From Candidatus Bipolaricaulia bacterium (lineage in GTDB: Bacteria > Bipolaricaulota > Bipolaricaulia > JBHIAT01), in the NCBI GenBank assembly GCA_046758705.1, contig JBHIAT010000069.1:1-17074 (forward strand): a stretch of 17,074 nucleotides of DNA, given 5' to 3'. The notes beneath the pieces were generated by a model that saw only the letters and a list, made by a program, of their open reading frames with translations, was not told the origin of the DNA and did no database searches. The position numbers and the translations under genes were made by a program. This document shows, piece by piece, positions 1 through 8,294 of this stretch (positions are counted from its first letter, which is position 1; every line of letters begins with the position of its first letter).

Positions 1-51
1 GATCGCCCAAAAGGGAGACAAAATTCCTTGCGATACTTCAACTACAGTCCA

Positions 52-771
52 CTAGACACTATCCTCTTCAGTTGGGGACACTGTAACCTCCTGAACTTCG
101 ACGGCGCCGTCGCCAACAGGCGTAAGCCGATAGATCTTGTCCGCATAGCGGTCGAATGCAGCAATGTCGTGGTGACTAATCATCAACACCTGGAAACCAA
201 GCGCTTTTCCGGCATCGTGGACGATCTTGACCAGCCTTGGAACGAGGTCCGGGCGGAGCCAGCAGTCCTGCTCGTCGAGAATGAGGAAACGGCGGTGCTC
301 GTTCTCATCAAGGGTAGCCAAGGCAAATATCCGCAGGCCAACGCTCAGGATGTTGGCCACGGAGCCACCTTGCCCGTGGAGAACGTCCTCCTGGTTGCCG
401 TTTCGCTCCATCCAGAACTCCACCACAGCTCTGTTGCGCTTGAACTCCACCTCGGCGTGAAACTTGATCGGCTGCTCAAGAATCTCCTGCAGTGCCACAG
501 TGAGTTTTTCTTGGACGATGTCGAGAAGCTGCCGGAAGAGCTGCTCGCTGAGCTGTTCCAGGGCTGTCGTGACCTTGCCGGAGATGGCCAAGTAACGGTC
601 TAGTTCTGAAAGCCGCTCTTTAACCCGTTTGGCCTGTCGCTTCTGCTCTTCATACTGCCAAGCGAGACCATCAACCCTCCTGCGCAGCACCTGGGGCGAG
701 GCTAGCTCCCCCGCCGGGGGCTGCTCGTCGGATCGGTCGTCGTCGCCGAAGGTGGCGCTTGATTCGGTCAT
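52..771 (-). CDS. Rad50/SbcC-like ABC ATPase, C-terminal half (short coiled coil, degenerate signature, Walker B, D-loop, H-switch; no Walker A)
   Basis: 239 aa. N-terminal helical/coiled stretch, then GQGGS (degenerate LSGG signature), FLILDE (Walker B), QDCWL (D-loop position), MISHH (H-switch). Starts with an ATGA overlap on the upstream stop (768-771). Confidence 0.85.
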   Translation of the reverse strand: MTESSATFGDDDRSDEQPPAGELASPQVLRRRVDGLAWQYEEQKRQAKRVKERLSELDRYLAISGKVTTALEQLSEQLFRQLLDIVQEKLTVALQEILEQPIKFHAEVEFKRNRAVVEFWMERNGNQEDVLHGQGGSVANILSVGLRIFALATLDENEHRRFLILDEQDCWLRPDLVPRLVKIVHDAGKALGFQVLMISHHDIAAFDRYADKIYRLTPVGDGAVEVQEVTVSPTEEDSV

Positions 772-1112
772 TCTGAGCTTTCCTCCTCTTCATCAGCTTC
801 TTCGCTGCCGCTCACCGCCTCCTGGAACTCCTCCTCCACAACCGCCAAGTTGCTCTCGATCTCGTCTAGGTGTTGCTGGTATTCCTTACGCTTCCGCTCG
901 TTCTCCTGTTTCATCTCCTCAAGCTTGCTTTTCAACTCTTCAATGTCGTCAGTGCCGTATTGGTCAAGCGCTTGCTCTTTCAGTTCGTCCAAGCGCTCGC
1001 GGGCGCTGTCTCGCTGCGTCTCTGCCTGGATTTTCTTCTTGTTAAGTTCTTGATACCGCTTCTGAAGCTGCTTGATTGTTTGTTCGGGCGATTTACTCTT
1101 TTTCTTAGCCAT
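768..1112 (-). CDS. Small coiled-coil protein, likely a subunit of the split Rad50/SbcC complex
   Basis: 114 aa, K/E/Q/L-rich heptad pattern with an acidic tail. GGAGG-like SD; the start overlaps the upstream stop (ATGGCTAA, 1112-1105). Confidence 0.8.
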   Translation of the reverse strand: MAKKKSKSPEQTIKQLQKRYQELNKKKIQAETQRDSARERLDELKEQALDQYGTDDIEELKSKLEEMKQENERKRKEYQQHLDEIESNLAVVEEEFQEAVSGSEEADEEEESSE

Positions 1113-2055
1113 CGCTCGTGACCTCCCTCACCAGCACCATGATCTCTTGGGCGACTTCATCTTCGAACTGTTCAAGGTTCTTCTCAAGAAATTGCATTAG
1201 CCCAGCTGCAGAGTCAGTCTTTCGGGCCTGAAGTTCAGCGAGCCCTGCGATGAAGGCCGACTCTGATGTATCTACGCTCTCGACCTCGACCATCTCGTGA
1301 AAAACCTCCTCGAAAGGACGATGGGGCACCTCGACATGCTCGTGGCTCCAGGTCTTAGATCGGACATTGATGCGCAGTACGGAGGGGACGTGCTCGAACG
1401 TCGCCTCGCTGCGCGTGCGCCGGCTGATGTTGCCCGGTGTCAGCCATAGGGTGCGACCGATCTGGAATGGATCGAGCTTGCGATGTATGTGACCGTTGAT
1501 CACCACGTCCACACCCGGAATCTCCTGGGGCTTAACTCGGCCTTGCTCTTCGTAACCGGGGACGCCGATGTCGTGATGTGCTAGCCAGATAACCAGCGCC
1601 GAGCCGTCCTCCTCTTCGTCGCTCGGATTAAAGGCATCGGGAAGGAACTGACGGTAAGAGGAGCCGCCCACGATGACGGGCCGGCCGTTGATACGGCCGC
1701 ACCAGGGGCAGTTGTGATCCACGAGCTGGATACAGCCGGCCTTGATGAGCAGGCTGAGGGAATCGTGCTCGTTGAGCTCCGGATCGGCGCAGTCATGGTT
1801 ACCATAGACACCGACTACCTCGGTGTTGAGCATCTCGATGAGCTGGCAGAGTATCCACGTCGGGTTGTCGCGCGGTTTGTCGAAAAAGTCGCCGAGTATC
1901 ACCGGCAGCAGTTGGTTCTGATCGGCATAGCCGAGGCACCACTGTAGCTTCTCGAGGATCACCCGTGGGTAGTCATCCTTGCGGAACCCGGGCTGGCGAC
2001 CCTCGAGGTGTGGATCACCGATGACCAGCACGCCCTTGTACTTGCTCTTAGCCAT
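1105..2055 (-). CDS. Mre11/SbcD-like calcineurin-type metallophosphoesterase (putative nuclease)
   Basis: Motifs GDPH, LGDFFD, GNHD, AHHD, GHIH and PGNISRR. Start reassigned to ATG 2055 (MAKSKYKG), which follows GGAGG and overlaps the upstream stop (ATGGCTAA). Confidence 0.9.
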   Translation of the reverse strand: MAKSKYKGVLVIGDPHLEGRQPGFRKDDYPRVILEKLQWCLGYADQNQLLPVILGDFFDKPRDNPTWILCQLIEMLNTEVVGVYGNHDCADPELNEHDSLSLLIKAGCIQLVDHNCPWCGRINGRPVIVGGSSYRQFLPDAFNPSDEEEDGSALVIWLAHHDIGVPGYEEQGRVKPQEIPGVDVVINGHIHRKLDPFQIGRTLWLTPGNISRRTRSEATFEHVPSVLRINVRSKTWSHEHVEVPHRPFEEVFHEMVEVESVDTSESAFIAGLAELQARKTDSAAGLMQFLEKNLEQFEDEVAQEIMVLVREVTSDG

Positions 2056-3385
2056 GGTCGTGTCCTCCGATGCCGGCAGCCGTCTGCTCGACCAGTTGGT
2101 CCGGGTCGACGCGGCCGCCACAGGTCGGGCAGATACCGTTACTCTCGGCCCAGTCCCTCAGCGACTGCTCGGCTTGCTGGAGTTTCTTCTTGGCTGCTTG
2201 CGTTGCCTTTTTGTACTTCTTGACGTCGGCGTCAGCTTGCTCAAGGCTGTCGATTAATTGACTTAACGGGCTCGTGTCGATCGTCTCGGGAATGGTCTGA
2301 ACTTCCTGTAGCAGTTCATGCCTCCAGTGCCATCGCTGTACATCATATTGGGCCGCCTCCAAGGCAAAAATAGTGTCGTTTAGTGCGTTCTCATCTTCCA
2401 TCTGAGGCGGCGAATCGAGGGAAGCAAGCTTCTCGGTTCGGGATTGGGCAGCGACGGTGGCCTGTGTCTGCTGCTGAAGGCCGCGGATGAGATGGGTCAA
2501 TGGCTCGATATCAACGGGCGGGGGTGACTCAGCGAGCGGACCAAGCGCCTTGGTTCGTCCGGCCTCGTACTGACGCCGCTGCTGCGTCCTCTCTAAATGT
2601 TTGATCAGTTGGGCCAGCGGATCGGGCGACTCAAGCTTGGGAGGGGCTTCCAAGGCCCCCAGTTTTTGAGCTACGGCGTCATGCCGACTCAACAGGCGGG
2701 TCGTCGCGTGGAGCTCCTTGACAAGCTTTTCGACCTCCTCGACCTGCCAGGCGAGGTTGAGAAGGGTGGCGTGCTCGGACTCGGCCTTTCCGACTTCGTC
2801 CTGGAGATTCGGAACGGGTTCCAGCTTTTCGAGTACCTCGGTGACCTTCTCGGCTTCTTCTCTCAGTCGCTGTTTATCTCTCCGAGCCTCGGTGACTTTC
2901 TGCTTGTGAAGGCTTTGCATCTCGATGAGGCGAATAGCGTCGGAAGAGGAAGCAAAGAACCCAGCCGCGTGTGAGGGCGAGGCATTGAGCAAGAAGATGG
3001 GTGACTTCTGCTCGGCAAAGTGAACGTCGAATTCCTCCCTGTCTGACTGGACCCGGGGCAGTCGCAGAACCTCGTAGAGCTTGTCGGGAACACCGCCCTT
3101 GCCGAGCCGGTCGAACTGATCGCCGTCGATCTTGTACTGTGGTGAGTTCTTACGAACCCATTCGATTGTATGCCCGTCGTCAGTCTCGACCCGTACCAAG
3201 CACTCGCTCTCACCGTGACGCGTGACGAATGTGCTCCTGTTGTTATAGCAGAGAATCTGGAACGCCTTGACGACCGCACTCTTGCCGCAGTTGTTGGGGC
3301 CGACCAGGACGGTGAGGCCATCGGCAAGGTTGATCACCGTGTGCTTGTGCGACATGAAGTTGATAAGCTCGATGCGTCGAATCAT
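2048..3385 (-). CDS. Rad50/SbcC-like ABC ATPase, N-terminal half (Walker A, Q-loop, coiled coil/repeats, C-terminal CxxC zinc-hook-like motif)
   Basis: MIRRIELINFMSH start typical of SMC/Rad50 N-termini, GPNNCGKS Walker A, FAEQ Q-loop, CPTCG near the C-terminus, no Walker B. Start set at ATG 3385 after GAAGGA (ORF-track start 3418). Confidence 0.9.
   Translation of the reverse strand: MIRRIELINFMSHKHTVINLADGLTVLVGPNNCGKSAVVKAFQILCYNNRSTFVTRHGESECLVRVETDDGHTIEWVRKNSPQYKIDGDQFDRLGKGGVPDKLYEVLRLPRVQSDREEFDVHFAEQKSPIFLLNASPSHAAGFFASSSDAIRLIEMQSLHKQKVTEARRDKQRLREEAEKVTEVLEKLEPVPNLQDEVGKAESEHATLLNLAWQVEEVEKLVKELHATTRLLSRHDAVAQKLGALEAPPKLESPDPLAQLIKHLERTQQRRQYEAGRTKALGPLAESPPPVDIEPLTHLIRGLQQQTQATVAAQSRTEKLASLDSPPQMEDENALNDTIFALEAAQYDVQRWHWRHELLQEVQTIPETIDTSPLSQLIDSLEQADADVKKYKKATQAAKKKLQQAEQSLRDWAESNGICPTCGGRVDPDQLVEQTAAGIGGHDHG
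2195..2662 (-). repeat. Four tandem degenerate 39-aa repeats in the ATPase N-half arm
   Basis: Units start LGALEAPP..PLAQLIKHL / LGPLAESPP..PLTHLIRGL / LASLDSPP..ALNDTIFAL / LQEVQTIP..PLSQLIDSL, spaced exactly 39 residues apart. Confidence 0.75.
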
Positions 3386-3502
3386 GCCACATCCTTCGAA
3401 AAAGTCATTGTCTTTCAACTACTTGGCATACTGCCCCAAGCAAAATCCTTCGTACATTCAAGCTCAGTCGCCAACGTGCCAACGACAAGTAGAATTTGTT
3501 CC

Positions 3503-3511
3503 ATTATATCA
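3503..3511 (-). promoter_or_regulatory. Extended -10 promoter (TGnTATAAT) for the split-SbcCD operon
   Basis: Minus strand reads gtgTGaTATAAT about 120 nt upstream of ATG 3385; the -35 element is poor. Confidence 0.55.
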
Positions 3512-3738
3512 CACCGTTGGGGTAATCCTGAAGTGAAGAACGTGGCGACCTGTCCGCCTTGGGCTCCTAAGCCTGAATGAAGTAATGAGAGGGGCCTTCA
3601 GCTTGGAGGTGGAGGTAACCCTGGAAGAGCAAATGATAGGGAGAGGCGAGAGTCCAAGCCTAACGTGATGGACAGGGTGTTCAGGAGAGGGACACCCAGG
3701 AGGTTCTTGACAACTACATCAAGATAGGAGGAAACGAC

Positions 3739-3822
3739 GTGACCGTCAAACGGCGACGATTCACTCGGGAATTTAAGCTTCAAGTGGTACGTGAAGTTGA
3801 GGCGGGTAAACCCATAGCCACA
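3739..3822 (+). pseudogene. IS3-family OrfA (HTH transposase) N-terminal remnant
   Basis: AGGAGG SD + GTG, reading (M)TVKRRRFTREFKLQVVREVEAGKPIA, typical of IS3 OrfA N-termini. Similarity stops after ~27 codons. Possible degenerate left end near 3669-3697 (TG...GGACAC). Confidence 0.7.
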
Positions 3823-4065
3823 CGCGATCGCGGCTTGAATCACCGGCTCGGTCAGCAGACTGCAATCGACCACGACCACGACCTTCGCTTGCCCGCCATA
3901 AGGCGGTTCGAACGTCTGGATCAACTCCGCTGCCAGCTCGGTCTGCTTGCGAAAGTCTGCTTCCTTGACAAACCGTTGGTTGACATAGGTACGCCAATCC
4001 CACGGCGCGACGATGTCGCCGACCCCGATCGCTGCGATCACCAGTTTCTGGCCCCACACGACCGA
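3820..4065 (-). pseudogene. IS701-like (DDE) transposase internal fragment
   Basis: VWGQKLV...PWDWRTYV...FRKQTELAAELI...VVVVVDCS resembles the central region of IS701/IS4-superfamily transposases, including a catalytic Asp strand. Both ends are missing. Confidence 0.55.
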
Positions 4066-4165
4066 GTCGATGTGGTGGACGGCATCGGGACGCTTAGAAA
4101 GACCTGCCGAGACATACCTCGTTGGCGTTTCAGCGATTTTAGGGAAGGTCTAGCTCCGCGCCCCC

Positions 4166-4195
4166 TTGACTTTTCAGCTCCTTCTCTGTTATCAC
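4166..4195 (+). promoter_or_regulatory. Putative sigma70 promoter for larA, possibly leaderless
   Basis: TTGACT (4166-4171), 18-nt spacer, TG-n-TATCAC (-10 at 4190-4195), about 10 nt before ATG 4206. No SD sequence. Confidence 0.35.
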
Positions 4196-4205
4196 CTTAT
4201 GACCA

Positions 4206-5495
4206 ATGATGAACATCTCTATTCCATACGGCAGAGAACGGTTGGAGTTTCAGGTTCCGAAAAGAAACCTGGTCGACGTCCTCCACCCGAATGAGATCAC
4301 CCCTCCCGATTCGGAGAAAGGAGAGATCGAAACGGCGATCGATCACCCGATTGGGACCAAAAAGCTAAACGAGATCGTCCGACCGAACGATCGAGTGGTG
4401 ATCATTTGCGAAGATATCACCCGACCCACGCCCGCCGATAAGATACTTCCCGTACTTTTGGACCGGTTACACGCAGCCGGCATCGCCAACGACGATATCC
4501 TCATCGTTATGGCTTTAGGAAGTCATCGGCCTATGACCGAAGCGGAGATGGCCGAGAAGGTCGGCCAGGAGATCTTTGCTCAGGTTCGCGTGGTCAACTC
4601 CGAGTTTCAGGATAAAAGCAAGCTAGTGGATCTCGGGCGAGCTCCGGGAGGGGTCAGAGTTTGGATTGATCAGCGGGTGGTGGCGGGAGATATCAAAATC
4701 GGTGTGGGCCATATTGTGCCTCATCCCGGCGCTGGATATACGGGCGGCGGAAAGATCATCTACCCTGGAGTGGCAGGAGCAGAGACCGTCGCTCAATTCC
4801 ACCTGCGCAGCGCTCTCCTGAATCGGAATATCTTAGGGGATGAGGAAAACCTGGCCAGACAGGAGATGGAGGGTTGGATCGATACCGTAGGACTGGATTT
4901 TATCATCAATTGTATCCTGACGCCTGAGGATCGCATTTATCGGGTCGTGGCTGGACACTATGTTAAGGCCCATCGGACCGGCGTAAAGTTTAGCCGACAG
5001 GTGTACGGGGTCAGAGCCAGAGAAAAGGTGGACATCGTCGTAGTGAGCGCTCACCCGGCGGATATTGACTTCTGGCAAGGGGGGAAAGGGCTTTTGTCCG
5101 GGGATCTCATCGTCAAAGATGGGGGATCACTGATCCTCACTGCCCCGTGCTTCGAAGGCGTGGGGCCTCATCCCTCCTTCCTGGATTATTGCGGAGCCGA
5201 CAACCCAGATAGATTGCTTAACGAGGCTCGGCAAGGGAAGGTGGATGCCAACGAGGCACTTCCCCTATCGGTAGGAGTTATGACAGCTAGAATCATAAAA
5301 AGGACAAAAATAGGGATAGTATCCAAAGGTTTGAGCGAAGAACAAGCTAAACGGGCGAAATTGGAGTATTTTTCTGATCTTGATGGTGCGCTTCAGGCCG
5401 CTCTCAGTCGTCACGGGCGTGGTGCCAAAGTCTCCGTGATACCCTACGGAGGTCATACCTATCCTTATCGCGTTTGGAAATCCCTCTTTCCCTAA
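4206..5495 (+). CDS. larA: Nickel-pincer-dependent lactate racemase family protein (LarA homolog, DUF2088)
   Basis: 429 aa with LarA motifs DITRPTP, ALGSHRPM, PHPGAGYTGGGK and FWQGGKG. Family is clear; substrate is unknown. Confidence 0.9.
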   Translation: MMNISIPYGRERLEFQVPKRNLVDVLHPNEITPPDSEKGEIETAIDHPIGTKKLNEIVRPNDRVVIICEDITRPTPADKILPVLLDRLHAAGIANDDILIVMALGSHRPMTEAEMAEKVGQEIFAQVRVVNSEFQDKSKLVDLGRAPGGVRVWIDQRVVAGDIKIGVGHIVPHPGAGYTGGGKIIYPGVAGAETVAQFHLRSALLNRNILGDEENLARQEMEGWIDTVGLDFIINCILTPEDRIYRVVAGHYVKAHRTGVKFSRQVYGVRAREKVDIVVVSAHPADIDFWQGGKGLLSGDLIVKDGGSLILTAPCFEGVGPHPSFLDYCGADNPDRLLNEARQGKVDANEALPLSVGVMTARIIKRTKIGIVSKGLSEEQAKRAKLEYFSDLDGALQAALSRHGRGAKVSVIPYGGHTYPYRVWKSLFP

Positions 5496-5583
5496 GTTTT
5501 CCCTGTCTAACCGTCAGAAATCGTTAATAATAGCCATATATTTGGCTAAAAAATCAATTTCTTTCTGATTTTCTGTGAAATAA

Positions 5584-5619
5584 TTGACAACACTTATAAA
5601 AATATGTTATTATAACATA
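5584..5619 (+). promoter_or_regulatory. Sigma70 promoter with overlapping palindromic operator
   Basis: TTGACA 5584-5589 and TG-n-TATTAT (-10 at 5608-5613). A perfect 8-1-8 palindrome TATGTTAT-T-ATAACATA at 5603-5619 covers the -10. Confidence 0.7.
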
Positions 5620-5643
5620 CAAAATAACGGGGGGTGTTTCAAG

Positions 5644-7239
5644 ATGAACGGGGAAAAGCAGGGAGGTTGGACGGAGAGGAAGGTCTCTCGTCGCGACTTT
5701 CTACGAGAGGCTGGAGCGGTTGGCCTCGGTGCCGCATCGATCGGGGTGCTTTCCGCTCTAAGTTCATCAACGGCCTTTGGTCGCCCCGACACTGAGGTGA
5801 TCTTCGCGACCTCGAATATGCCGAGCAGCTTGGAGCCTCATCTCAACGGGGCCGATATATGGCAGAGACGGAAGCCGATGATCTACGAGAACCTCACCCG
5901 GATTAGTGAGGATCTTGCTCCCGAGCCCCAATTGGCAGAGTCGTGGGAGCAGCTATCCCTAACGGAATATGTCTTCAAGGTTCGTCGGGGTGTCAAATTC
6001 CATAACGGTCAGGAGCTGGATGCCGAGGATGCGAAGTATACCTATGAGCGCGTTCTCGATCCTGATGTGGGTTCAGGAGGTGCCGGCGATCTAAGGTTCA
6101 TCGATAAGATCGAGGTTCTCGATAAGTACACCGTAAGATTCAGTCTCAAAGAGGTTGTAGCGCCGGGGCTGTTCCTGCTCAACTTGGGGGGTAAATACAA
6201 TGGGATCATCCCCAAGGATTTCTTGCCGGAGAAGACCAGCAGAAATCTGTCCAATGCCGGCATGGGAACGGGTCCCTACAAAGTCGTGGACTTCGAACCC
6301 AATGAAAAAATCGTGCTGGAAAAGCATGGAAGCTATTGGCAAAGCGGGAAACCGCATGTCGATCGGGTCACTTTCCAGGCGATCCCGGATGAATCCTCCA
6401 TCGTAGCCGGTTTGCGAACCGGCGAGGTAGACATCACCGACTTCTGGGACACCTTCAACTTCTATCGAGTGAGTGGGGATCAGCGGCTGAACACGGTGCG
6501 CGTTCCCTCCCTGACCCTCAAAGCCCTTGATCTGTCAGGGAGCCTCGAACCGACGAATGACCCGCGGGTCAGGTTGGCCATTCAGTTGGGAATCGATCGT
6601 GATGAGATCCTCAAAATCTCCGGCAACAACATCGGTCAGCAGATCGGGATCATCCCACCGGGCATGACCTTTTGGGCGCTTCCCTGGACAGAGCTGCCCA
6701 ATCAGAAGCGGGACGTCAATCGTGCTCGGGAATTGTTGGCAGAAGCCGGTTACACCAGAGGAATGAAGTTGAAGCTGCGGAACATCATCGGATATCCGGC
6801 GTTGGCTGCGAGTATTCAAGTCATCGCCGATCAGCTCAGGGACGTGGGGTTAGATGTAACGATTGAGACCATAGACATTGGCCTATGGATCAAAGATTGG
6901 CTCGAGTTTAAGACGCCACCTACGATGAACGCGTGGGGAGGCTTCGTCGATCCCGACCAATATCTCTATAGGCATTTCCATAGCCGCCCTCAGGGAGCGG
7001 ACTTCCGTAACTGGAACGACCCTGTAGGCGATGCATTGCTGGATGCGGGACGCCGTGAACTGGATCGGGAGAGGCGCAGGAAAATCTACAATCAGTTGCA
7101 ATCCCATATGGCCAGTTCAGCGATCACCATCCCGCTGTACGCGCCAGACCTCGTCTACAGCATGCAAAAGTCTATCCAAGGCTTCACGTACCATCCTATG
7201 GGTTTCTACTATGGCTTGCGCTTCATAGAGAAGGCGTAG
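5644..7239 (+). CDS. ABC transporter substrate-binding protein, family 5 (Dpp/Opp/Nik-like), Tat signal
   Basis: SRRDFL twin-arginine motif plus hydrophobic stretch; LAESWE, FHNGQEL, GTGPYK, DPRVRLAI. Start reassigned to ATG 5644 (the ORF-track TTG start at 5584 is the -35 box). Confidence 0.92.
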   Translation: MNGEKQGGWTERKVSRRDFLREAGAVGLGAASIGVLSALSSSTAFGRPDTEVIFATSNMPSSLEPHLNGADIWQRRKPMIYENLTRISEDLAPEPQLAESWEQLSLTEYVFKVRRGVKFHNGQELDAEDAKYTYERVLDPDVGSGGAGDLRFIDKIEVLDKYTVRFSLKEVVAPGLFLLNLGGKYNGIIPKDFLPEKTSRNLSNAGMGTGPYKVVDFEPNEKIVLEKHGSYWQSGKPHVDRVTFQAIPDESSIVAGLRTGEVDITDFWDTFNFYRVSGDQRLNTVRVPSLTLKALDLSGSLEPTNDPRVRLAIQLGIDRDEILKISGNNIGQQIGIIPPGMTFWALPWTELPNQKRDVNRARELLAEAGYTRGMKLKLRNIIGYPALAASIQVIADQLRDVGLDVTIETIDIGLWIKDWLEFKTPPTMNAWGGFVDPDQYLYRHFHSRPQGADFRNWNDPVGDALLDAGRRELDRERRRKIYNQLQSHMASSAITIPLYAPDLVYSMQKSIQGFTYHPMGFYYGLRFIEKA

Positions 7240-7267
7240 TGTACCGATACCGATAAGGAGTAAGGAC

Positions 7268-7312
7268 AAAACCACCGTATCCTCCCAGCCTCCGGGGAGA
7301 TATGGTGGTTTT
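7268..7312 (+). terminator. Intercistronic stem-loop (mRNA stabiliser or partial terminator) after the binding-protein gene
   Basis: AAAACCACCGTATCCTCCC ... GGGGAGATATGGTGGTTTT near-perfect inverted repeat. Confidence 0.6.
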
Positions 7313-7343
7313 GCTTAAAGCGAGATCAGAGAGTTATCCTCAC

Positions 7344-8294
7344 ATGGGGGAATATATTGCCCGTAGGTTGCTAGCGACCCTCCTGACCGCGCTTGGGTTA
7401 AGCCTGTTGATCTTTTTCATTATGAGATTGATCCCGGGGACCGTCGTTGAGCAACTTTTGGGGCCCAATTCCTTTGCTCCCAAGGAAGCGATAGAAAGTC
7501 TTAAACAGATGTTCGGCCTCGACCGGCCCCTCTATGTTCAATACTTCAATTGGATGAAGAACATCTTCGTCGGGGGGTGGGGCCTGGATTATAAAAGTGC
7601 CCAACCCGTGCTAAGCCTCCTGTTGAAAAAGATCCCGGTTTCCGCTGAACTGGGTTTCTTAGCTGTGTTGTGGTCCCTGATCATCGGCGTTCCCATGGGG
7701 GTAATCGCAGCCGTCAGACGCAACCGCTTCTCGGACAACTTTATCCGCATCATCTCTACTTTGGGTCTGTCCATCCCGGCCTTTTGGCAAGGGACTCTAC
7801 TCATCTTGCTCTTCTCCGTTCACCTGAATTGGATGCCCCCATTTCAGTGGGTTCAATTTTGGGAAGACCCCATCAAGAACCTCACGATTATCGCTTTACC
7901 TGCCTTAACGTTGGGCACAGCAACGGCGGCCATGATTACTCGATTGACCCGATCAACCATGTTGGAAGTTTTGAGTATGGATTACGTTCAGACAGCCCGC
8001 TCAAAGGGATTGGTTGAGAGAGCCGTTATCTTGAAACACGCGCTCAGAAACTCTTTGATCCCGGTGATCACCGTGGCTGGAGTTCAGATGGGGTATATCT
8101 TGGGAGGAATCGTTGTGATTGAGGAGGTCTTCTCCCTGCCCGGGGTCGGTCGCCTGCTGATGAACGCCCTGTTCGAACGTAACTACCCTCTTGTACAGGG
8201 GAACATCCTGTTATTTGGGCTGTTGTTCATGGGGATAAACTTATTGGTTGATCTCTCTTACCTTTTCCTGGACCCGAGGATTCGCTATGAATAA
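7344..8294 (+). CDS. ABC transporter permease (DppB/OppB-like)
   Basis: MGEYIARRLL N-terminus, FGLDRPLYVQY, DYVQTARSKG (EAA-like loop), KHALRNSLIP, DPRIR C-terminus. Alternative start 7302 lies inside the hairpin. Confidence 0.92.
   Translation: MGEYIARRLLATLLTALGLSLLIFFIMRLIPGTVVEQLLGPNSFAPKEAIESLKQMFGLDRPLYVQYFNWMKNIFVGGWGLDYKSAQPVLSLLLKKIPVSAELGFLAVLWSLIIGVPMGVIAAVRRNRFSDNFIRIISTLGLSIPAFWQGTLLILLFSVHLNWMPPFQWVQFWEDPIKNLTIIALPALTLGTATAAMITRLTRSTMLEVLSMDYVQTARSKGLVERAVILKHALRNSLIPVITVAGVQMGYILGGIVVIEEVFSLPGVGRLLMNALFERNYPLVQGNILLFGLLFMGINLLVDLSYLFLDPRIRYE

Noticed and set aside
3503-3517. ATTATATCACACCGT resembles ATTATACCGCACCGT at 15936-15950 (13/15)
   Set aside because: Largely explained by a shared -10 promoter consensus; too short to support a relationship.
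28-3580. Plus-strand ORFs (28-603, 629-1045, 2597-2974, 3170-3580 and others)
   Set aside because: Antisense shadows of the motif-bearing minus-strand operon, with no recognisable motifs.
3598-4209. ORFs 3739-4209 (+) and 3598-4059 (-) as intact genes
   Set aside because: Each is transposase-like over only part of its length and reads through the junction into the antisense of the other fragment.
5584-5643. ORF-track N-terminal extension of the binding protein
   Set aside because: The TTG is the -35 box and the extension covers the promoter/operator; the Tat signal fits the 5644 start.
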